Below are positions 57,334-64,000 of a DNA stretch of 64,000 nucleotides, in pieces; position 1 is the first letter of the stretch, and the number at the start of each line of letters is the position of its first letter. The notes below the pieces were generated by a model. That model was not told the origin of the DNA. It did no database searches and saw nothing but the letters and a program-made list of their open reading frames with translations. The stretch is from positions 11,076-75,075 of IMG/VR virus record IMGVR_UViG_3300027710_000022; one strand, given 5' to 3'. Both the position numbers and the translations under genes were made by a program. The stretch is from a virus (taxonomy: Duplodnaviria; Caudoviricetes).

Positions 57334-57521
57334 ATAATGTAAATATACGAAAATACACTGATAAAACCAAATTTCAATGAAAAAACCCCAACGAGATGTC
57401 GGGGTTTAAGGTCTTTCGGTGGGTTCAACCCCACTTACTTATGAAAAAAAACGAAAAGGTAATCGACAAAGAGAACCTCTGAGAATATAAATATATATAA
57501 CTTTATAAAAAAGTCAACTAT

Positions 57522-59540
57522 TTATAACAATTTTTTTGAAATTGTCAGTTTTTCGTCTTTATATTTAAGGATTATTTGTTCTCCTTCTTTAATATTTCCT
57601 CTTAAAATTTCTTCACTTAAAAAATCTTCACAAAGATTTTGAATGATTCTTTTTAGAGGTCTAGCGCCGTATTCTTCTTGACTGTTTAATTCGAAAATTC
57701 TATTTGTAACAGTTTTATCAAAGGTTACCAAGAAATTTTTATCCAACAATCTATTGTTTAATTTACTAATCTCTATTTGAATGATTTTCTTAAGAGTTTC
57801 TTCATTAAGAGCATTAAATAATATTACGTCATCAATACGATTTAAAAATTCTGGGTTAAATTGTTGTTTTAACGCCTTTTGTATCATTGACTTTCTTACC
57901 TCGTACTTTTGAGTTTCGCTTGATGATGTATTAAAACCAACACCTCCACCAAATTCAGAAACTCTTTTAGCCCCCAAATTGGATGTCATAATAACCAAGC
58001 AATTTGTGAAGTTTATTTTTCGACCAAATGAATCAGTTAAATGTCCTTCATCTAAAATTTGTAATAATAGATTAAAAACGTCTTTATGTGCCTTTTCAAT
58101 CTCATCAAATAAAATAACAGAGAATGGGTTGTTTTTAACCTTTTCAGTTAATTGACCACCTTCATCGTACCCAACGTAACCTGGAGGGGAACCAATTAAT
58201 TTAGATACATTGTGTCTATCCATAAACTCACTCATATCAACACGAATGATTTTTTCAGGGTCACCAAATAAAAGATTAGCTAATGATTTTGCTAAATGTG
58301 TTTTACCAACACCCGTAGATCCTAAAAAGATAAATGAACCTATAGGTTTATTAGCGTCTTTGATTCCAACACGATTCCTTCTAATTGCTTTTGATATTGT
58401 TGTAATAGCTTCTTCTTGTCCAATTACTTTATCTGTCAATAAGGTTTCCATTTTTAATAGTTTCTCTGTTTCCTTACTATCAAGTTTAGTAATCGGTACA
58501 CCGGTCATTTCGGAAACTATTGTATAGACATCATCAACAGAGACAGGAATTTTATTCCCCTTTTGTTTTTCTGACCATTTTACCTTTTCATTTTCAAGTT
58601 TATCGAAAACTTTCTTTTCTTCATCTCTTAATTTTGCCGCTTGTTCATAATTTTGAGATTTAACAACTTGTATTTTTCTTTCTTTTATCTCATCAATCAA
58701 TTTTTTTAATTTTTCAATTGATTCGGGTACTCTACTCGATACTCTTTTTTCTGAACCTAATTCGTCTATTACATCAATCGCCTTATCAGGAAATTGTCTA
58801 TCTGTAATATATCTACCAGAAAGTTTAACAATTGTTTCTATTACATTTTCCTCATAAGATACCCTATGAAATGTTTCATATGACTCTTTTAAATTTTTAA
58901 GAATCTCAACTGTTTCTGCCATCGTAGGTTCTTTTAAAATTACCTTCTGAAATCTTCTAACTAATGCAGAATCTTTTTCGATGTGTTTTTTAAATTCATC
59001 AAAAGTAGTTGCTCCAATACATTGTATTTCACCTCGAGCTAAAGCTGGTTTCATAATATTTGCAGCATCCATCGCACCACTTGCATTACCCGCACCCACC
59101 ATTGTGTGTAATTCATCAATAAACACGATTACATTTGGTGACTCTTGTAATTCGTTTAAAATTGCTTTAATACGTTCTTCAAATTGTCCACGATATTTTG
59201 TACCTGCAACAAGTGAAGTTAAATCTAAAGACATAATTCGCTTATCTAATAAATTTGTTGGACAATCTCCTTTAACAATCATTAAAGCAAGTTTTTCAAC
59301 AAGTGCGGATTTACCAACACCAGCATCGCCAACAATAACCGCATTATTTTTCTTTTTACGTGAAAGAATTTGCGCTATTCTTTTTACTTCTTTATCCCTA
59401 CCAACAACAGGGTCAATTTTACCATCTTCTGCGAGTTTAATTAAATCTCTTGAGAAGTTATCTAAAATTGGTGTGGTTGAACCTTTGCGTCCCTTTTTAG
59501 GGGTTGAGGTTGGTCCGTCCTCGAAGAAATCTACTGCCAT
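57522..59540 (-). CDS. clpC: ClpC/ClpA-type double AAA+ unfoldase lacking the Clp-N domain
   Basis: GDAGVGKS and FIDELH (D1), UVR middle motif NYEQAAKLRDE, GSTGVGKT and FDEIEKAH (D2), GARPL. Confidence 0.9.
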   Translation of the reverse strand: MAVDFFEDGPTSTPKKGRKGSTTPILDNFSRDLIKLAEDGKIDPVVGRDKEVKRIAQILSRKKKNNAVIVGDAGVGKSALVEKLALMIVKGDCPTNLLDKRIMSLDLTSLVAGTKYRGQFEERIKAILNELQESPNVIVFIDELHTMVGAGNASGAMDAANIMKPALARGEIQCIGATTFDEFKKHIEKDSALVRRFQKVILKEPTMAETVEILKNLKESYETFHRVSYEENVIETIVKLSGRYITDRQFPDKAIDVIDELGSEKRVSSRVPESIEKLKKLIDEIKERKIQVVKSQNYEQAAKLRDEEKKVFDKLENEKVKWSEKQKGNKIPVSVDDVYTIVSEMTGVPITKLDSKETEKLLKMETLLTDKVIGQEEAITTISKAIRRNRVGIKDANKPIGSFIFLGSTGVGKTHLAKSLANLLFGDPEKIIRVDMSEFMDRHNVSKLIGSPPGYVGYDEGGQLTEKVKNNPFSVILFDEIEKAHKDVFNLLLQILDEGHLTDSFGRKINFTNCLVIMTSNLGAKRVSEFGGGVGFNTSSSETQKYEVRKSMIQKALKQQFNPEFLNRIDDVILFNALNEETLKKIIQIEISKLNNRLLDKNFLVTFDKTVTNRIFELNSQEEYGARPLKRIIQNLCEDFLSEEILRGNIKEGEQIILKYKDEKLTISKKLL

Positions 59541-59596
59541 GTGTTATTAAGTTTTGTTGATACAAACATAACACATTTCATTCTAAAAAACAAATA

Positions 59597-59654
59597 AATG
59601 TCAAAATGTCTAAAAAAATGTCTAACCAATGTCTAAATGTCAGTTTTAGACATT
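59597..59654. repeat. AATGTC direct-repeat array (5 direct copies, 1 inverted) between divergent clpC and hsp20
   Basis: TGTC at 59599, 59607, 59619, 59630 and 59638; GACA at 59649. Confidence 0.75.
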
Positions 59655-59695
59655 TGGCAAATAATTTGTAAAAATATATTAAAAATATAAAAACT

Positions 59696-60052
59696 ATGAT
59701 AACATTATTTAAAGACCCATTCTTCACAGGATTTGATACTAACAGATTTTTATCAACTCCTGAAACTAACATCAGTAAAAGTGAAACTGAATATTCAGTT
59801 TCGATAAGTGTACCTGGATTAACCAAAGATGATTTAAAAATCTCAACAAAAGAAGGTATATTAAAAATTATTTACGAAAAACAAGAAAGTGATAAATCAC
59901 ATCATTTTGTTGGGAGTTTTGTAAAATCCTATAATATACCCGATGACGTGAAGGAAAAAGATATCATTGGTAAGGTTGAAAACGGAGTTCTTGAACTTAC
60001 TTTACCTATTGATAGGAAAAAGTCATTGGAGAGACAAATTTCTCTTAATTAA
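59696..60052 (+). CDS. Small heat-shock protein (Hsp20/alpha-crystallin)
   Basis: VPGLTKDDLKI...SFVKSYNIPDDV...ENGVLELTLP. Confidence 0.9.
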   Translation: MITLFKDPFFTGFDTNRFLSTPETNISKSETEYSVSISVPGLTKDDLKISTKEGILKIIYEKQESDKSHHFVGSFVKSYNIPDDVKEKDIIGKVENGVLELTLPIDRKKSLERQISLN

Positions 60053-60104
60053 ACTAAACCCCGTGAAAACGGGGTTTTTTTATACTTATAATAAAGAAAA
60101 TATA

Positions 60105-60278
60105 ATGAATAAAAATTTAATGAAACGTAACCATATTGAACAAGTCAACATTAAACTTCTTAAAAGTACCGATGACGAATCAATTCGTAATAAATTTAAT
60201 GAACCTGAAGTTAAGAGTACAAAAAGAAAGGAATATCTTAGTGATAAACTCATCAATCAATTAAAAAAGAATTTTTAA
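60105..60278 (+). CDS. Small basic hypothetical protein
   Basis: 57-aa ORF between two terminators. Confidence 0.5.
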   Translation: MNKNLMKRNHIEQVNIKLLKSTDDESIRNKFNEPEVKSTKRKEYLSDKLINQLKKNF

Positions 60279-60354
60279 TTTATCACCCCCGACTCATCGG
60301 GGGTTTTTTATTTGATATTTATTGTTTATATTATAGTACTAAAACAATAATATT

Positions 60355-60600
60355 ATGGGAATAATTTCAGAAACAATTAATGGAAAGATGATTGACGTTA
60401 CCATCAATTCGTCTAATTTAAAATCGGCCTCATTTAATACAGAAAATGAGGATTTAACTGTGACTTTTAATAATGGTGCTATTTATGAGTATAATAAAGT
60501 TCCTTGGTCCAAGTTCACTAAGTTTAGACTTGCTGAATCACAAGGAAAGTACTTCAACGAGAATATCGCCAGAAGTTATAAGTTTACTAAAAAAGGATGA
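60355..60600 (+). CDS. KTSC-domain protein
   Basis: SSNLKSASFN...LTVTFNNGAIYEYNKVP...AESQGKYFNENI. Confidence 0.85.
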   Translation: MGIISETINGKMIDVTINSSNLKSASFNTENEDLTVTFNNGAIYEYNKVPWSKFTKFRLAESQGKYFNENIARSYKFTKKG

Positions 60601-61343
60601 GTTTATTTGAAGAACTGATTGAGGATAAGGAAGAAGATAAGAAAATTATCAAGTCTTTCAAATCAAAAGATTCACTATCGGAACAAATTTTCGAAGGGTC
60701 TGATGGTAAGTTTTCTATGCGTGAGGATATTCGAAAAAATTTACTAAAGATATCAAATGATTTTATTGATAGTCTCGGTATTGAATTTTTTATTCATGAT
60801 ATAGTTCTTACAGGTTCTTTAGCAAACTACAATTGGTCAAACTATTCAGACGTAGACCTACATATTTTAATTGATTTTAAAGAAACGGATTATAATTTAG
60901 ACTTACTAAAAGAATTTTTTGACGCTAAGAAAAACGTGTGGAATGAAAAACACAACATTATTATCAAAGGATACGATGTTGAGTTGTATGTCCAAGATGT
61001 TGATGAAGAACACGTATCTTCAGGTGTTTATTCTATTCTAAACAATAAGTGGATTGTTGAACCAGATAAGGTTAAATCTAATATTGACGATAAGATGATT
61101 CTTCAAAAATCTGAAGAATATATGAAGAAAATAGATTTACTTATCAAAAAAGGGGGACCGATTGAATCAATTGATGAATTAAGAAAGAAATTAAAAGAAT
61201 TTAGACAAAGTGGTTTAGAATCAGGAGGGGAGTATTCTTATGAAAACTTGACCTTTAAATTACTTAGACGAAATGGGTACATTGAGAAATTATTAAAACT
61301 AAAAACAACACTTGTAGATAAGAAATTATCCATAACACAATAA
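60597..61343 (+). CDS. Pol-beta superfamily nucleotidyltransferase-like protein
   Basis: VLTGSLANYNWSNYSDVDLH (hGS...DxD) plus DVELY as third acidic strand. Confidence 0.7.
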   Translation: MSLFEELIEDKEEDKKIIKSFKSKDSLSEQIFEGSDGKFSMREDIRKNLLKISNDFIDSLGIEFFIHDIVLTGSLANYNWSNYSDVDLHILIDFKETDYNLDLLKEFFDAKKNVWNEKHNIIIKGYDVELYVQDVDEEHVSSGVYSILNNKWIVEPDKVKSNIDDKMILQKSEEYMKKIDLLIKKGGPIESIDELRKKLKEFRQSGLESGGEYSYENLTFKLLRRNGYIEKLLKLKTTLVDKKLSITQ

Positions 61344-61413
61344 AGAACCTTATTTTTTTCCCTATATCAATGTATTTATAGGATAAGAATAAGTATATCT
61401 AACAATTAATAAA

Positions 61414-62412
61414 ATGGCAGACTTAAAACCACTTGGTAGTGAAAAACTTAACGGAGATGACAAATTAAAAAGAATTCTCGAGTTAACCTACTACAACAAT
61501 AACCAACCATCAACTAAAAAATCCGAATTAGTGAAAGAATCAACTAATGGGGGTGTTTACGGTATCGTTAAAGAAAAAGACGGATACTATGTAAAAAAGG
61601 GGTTAAACGAAAGTTCTCTTGATTACATTGGTGGTATGTTTATGAAGAACAAAAATAAATTTTCATCATATGCTGAAGCATTTAAAAGATTAGATCTTTT
61701 AAAAGGTCAAGAAGACTTGCAAGAGGCTACAAAATATGTTTTAAAACAAACAAAACCACAAGATGAGTCTCCATTGGCACAACCTTCTATGGATGCACCT
61801 ATGGCTCCTGATGCTGGTATGGATGTTCCACCTGCGGCTGAAGAGCCAATGGGAGATGTTCCTGCTGAGGAACCAATGGGTGAATTACCACCAGCGGGTG
61901 GAGAAGAAATGGGAGTAGAAGGAAAACGTTCTGATTATATGGCTGAAGCTCAAAAATTTGCAGGTAAGTTAGGACAAGAGTTAAGAGATTTACAGGATAA
62001 AATGGAAAGTGATGATATCAAGTACATTTTAAACATGATTATTTCTGCCGTTGATTTAGATAAATTAGACGATGAGGATATTGAAGACATTGCTAAAAAA
62101 TTCGAAAGAGAGGAAGATGAAATGGGTGGAGAAGAACCAATTGCTGAACCATCTGCAGAAGATGAGGTACCTGCTGAAGAGCCGGTAACCGGTGACGAAG
62201 ACTTAGGCGAGACTATGGATTTATTGAATAGTTTTATTGAGTCGCCAATTGGTGAAGAAGATACCAATGAATTGGATTTAAGTCAATTTGCAGACATTGA
62301 AGCAAGTGAAGGACAGTCTTATGAAGATGACGTTCAAGAACTTGATTTAGACGAAATTAAAAACGATATTAATCAAGCTATTAGTGAAAAATTAAGTAAA
62401 TACTTTAAATAA
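61414..62412 (+). CDS. Acidic Pro/Glu-rich probable head/scaffold-associated protein
   Basis: TATTTATA at 61373-80; very acidic flexible segments. Confidence 0.6.
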   Translation: MADLKPLGSEKLNGDDKLKRILELTYYNNNQPSTKKSELVKESTNGGVYGIVKEKDGYYVKKGLNESSLDYIGGMFMKNKNKFSSYAEAFKRLDLLKGQEDLQEATKYVLKQTKPQDESPLAQPSMDAPMAPDAGMDVPPAAEEPMGDVPAEEPMGELPPAGGEEMGVEGKRSDYMAEAQKFAGKLGQELRDLQDKMESDDIKYILNMIISAVDLDKLDDEDIEDIAKKFEREEDEMGGEEPIAEPSAEDEVPAEEPVTGDEDLGETMDLLNSFIESPIGEEDTNELDLSQFADIEASEGQSYEDDVQELDLDEIKNDINQAISEKLSKYFK

Positions 62413-62413
62413 A

Positions 62414-62815
62414 ATGCATCTTATCTATGTCAATGAAATAGGTTCTGATTATAAAGGTCAAAAACAGTACGAATTTATCTTTAGTAAAAGTACTGAAATT
62501 GACATGGATGGGTGGTTTATTATACCCGCATCCGCATCATCACAACCTAAATCACCTGAGATTGAATATGTTGATTTAGTTGGATTATTAAAAAATACAG
62601 ATTTACAATTAGAATTAGTTCAAGACTCCGATTATTTCGGAGTTATTGATGCTGTAGATGGTGTAGTCGCAATGGCTTGGGAGAAATTTGACATTGATTC
62701 AGATAGTGAAAGATTAACATTTAAATTTGGTGAATCAATTGATAGTGTTACAAAAAAATTAAAAATTAGAAGTTATCTTCTTATAAAAGAGGAAATAAAA
62801 TTCAAAGAAATATGA
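62414..62815 (+). CDS. Hypothetical protein
   Basis: 133-aa ORF contiguous with neighbours. Confidence 0.7.
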   Translation: MHLIYVNEIGSDYKGQKQYEFIFSKSTEIDMDGWFIIPASASSQPKSPEIEYVDLVGLLKNTDLQLELVQDSDYFGVIDAVDGVVAMAWEKFDIDSDSERLTFKFGESIDSVTKKLKIRSYLLIKEEIKFKEI

Positions 62816-63645
62816 AAAGGTCAGAATTAGTTGATAAATTAATCAAAGAAGGAATGTCAGAAAAGACATTGGTAAAATTCACAGATAAACAACTTAGTAA
62901 CTTAGCCAACAGAATGTTAGGTGAAGCTATTACAACTACGGCCGATGCTTTATCAAAAAGTGCAGCATTACAAAACTTAGCTAAAAAACAAGATATTAAA
63001 CTTGTTGGTGAGGAAGGAGAAGTTTCTGAAGAATTAAAAGGTAATCAAAAGAAATTAGACAAAAACCACAATGGTAAAATTGATGGTCAAGATTTTAAAA
63101 TATTAAAGGGTCAGAAAAAAGAAGTTAAAGAGGGTAAGAAATGTGATAGTTGTGGAGAATCAGTAAAAGATTGTAAATGTGATCACACACATATGGACGA
63201 GTCTAAAAAGATAAAAAAATGGGTTAATACATTAGCAGAAGAAAATTTTCATAGTTTTACATCAAAAAACGAAATTATGGAATTAATCAATATTAAATTA
63301 AACGAATCAGAAGTACACCAGTATGGTCCAAATGTAAAAACAGGACATAATGGCCTTCCTGAATTCATGACATATGAAGCTATTGTTGGAAATGGTCCAA
63401 AAATTGCACCAAGCAAACCAAAGGTTGACCCGGGTACAAAACCTAACAAACCTAAAACACCATTCCAACCTGGACCAAAGGTAAATCCTAATCCTAAAGC
63501 GTTGAGGGAAGATGATCCAAAAATTGCACCGAGTAAACCAAAGGTTAATCCTGGTACTAAACCAAATAAACCTAAATCTCCACTTAAACCTGGACCTAAA
63601 GTTAATCCTTTCCCTAAAGCAACAACTAAGGGAGATAAAAAATAA
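62812..63645 (+). CDS. Probable virion protein with an EF-hand-like loop and a duplicated Pro/Lys repeat
   Basis: LDKNHNGKIDGQDF; PKIAPSKPKV(D/N)PGTKPNKPK...PGPKVNP twice, 120 nt apart. Confidence 0.7.
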   Translation: MKRSELVDKLIKEGMSEKTLVKFTDKQLSNLANRMLGEAITTTADALSKSAALQNLAKKQDIKLVGEEGEVSEELKGNQKKLDKNHNGKIDGQDFKILKGQKKEVKEGKKCDSCGESVKDCKCDHTHMDESKKIKKWVNTLAEENFHSFTSKNEIMELINIKLNESEVHQYGPNVKTGHNGLPEFMTYEAIVGNGPKIAPSKPKVDPGTKPNKPKTPFQPGPKVNPNPKALREDDPKIAPSKPKVNPGTKPNKPKSPLKPGPKVNPFPKATTKGDKK

Positions 63646-63654
63646 TTTGAAAAT

Positions 63655-64000
63655 ATGAAATTATCTAAGAAAAATTTGTTATCTTTAATTAACGAAAATT
63701 TAAAAGAGATGGCAATGGATTTTGATACTGCTGATAGACCAAATCCCGATTTACAAGCTAAATTGGCTTCAGGAGATACACCCTTAAAAAAAATACCTTT
63801 TCCTAAAACAGGAAACGAACCAAACCAAAATTTCCAAGAACTTTTGGCTTCTGAAAGATATAGACAAATTGTTAATAATGTTAGACAATACACAAACTAT
63901 CAAGGTACATTAGATGGTACTGAAATGGGTCCATTATTGACAATGATGTATACTGCTCATAATAATATTATTAGACTTGAATCAACACATAAAGAGGCGT
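63655..64000 (+). CDS. Hypothetical protein, truncated by the window end
   Basis: MKLSKKNLLSLINENLKEMAMDF... open to position 64000. Confidence 0.7.
   Translation, partial: MKLSKKNLLSLINENLKEMAMDFDTADRPNPDLQAKLASGDTPLKKIPFPKTGNEPNQNFQELLASERYRQIVNNVRQYTNYQGTLDGTEMGPLLTMMYTAHNNIIRLESTHKEA

Noticed and set aside
57134-57337. Plus-strand 67-aa ORF from the track
   Set aside because: It is the antisense shadow of a clear minus-strand lipoprotein (57154..57333).
59597-59654. CRISPR array or iteron origin
   Set aside because: Repeats are 6-9 nt with irregular short spacing; no repeat-spacer array or cas gene anywhere in the window.
63249-63893. Minus-strand 214-aa ORF
   Set aside because: Antisense to two co-oriented plus-strand genes; explained by their Pro/Lys codon bias.
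1-64000. Stop-codon reassignment, as seen in some large phages
   Set aside because: Recognisable proteins are full length under the standard code, TAG ends genes at sensible junctions (e.g. 33516, 45339), and no CTA- or TCA-anticodon tRNA was found.

Overview
AT-rich, gene-dense segment that reads as part of a very large lytic (jumbo/mega) phage infecting a Bacteroidota host. Host evidence: TTTG-N19-20-TAnnTTTG promoters, no Shine-Dalgarno sites, and Bacteroidota-type lipoproteins and a TonB-dependent receptor. The standard genetic code fits; no rRNA, CRISPR array or integrase was seen. Contents in order: a run of probable virion or head-packaged proteins sharing N-terminal motifs and an upstream TATTTATA element; a GH19 endolysin; an Oar-like TonB-dependent receptor next to a secreted nuclease; a glycosyltransferase/methyltransferase cluster; a tmRNA; an ~860-nt non-coding transcription unit with paired ends (GOLLD-like candidate); a minus-strand array of 12 tRNAs plus a tRNA-Asp-like RNA with an 82-nt variable-arm insert, interleaved with unassigned structured RNAs; an 11-kb outer-membrane/surface locus (CsgG-like, cohesin/dockerin-like, C-type lectin, beta-barrels); an RNA-repair module (kinase, Rnl1 ligase, cyclic-phosphate receiver); and a ClpC-like ATPase with Hsp20. 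The strongest novel candidates are a leader-peptide/terminator attenuator whose codons match the tRNAs just downstream, the giant ncRNA, and the extended tRNA-like RNA. All calls are by eye; no database searches or folding programs were run.
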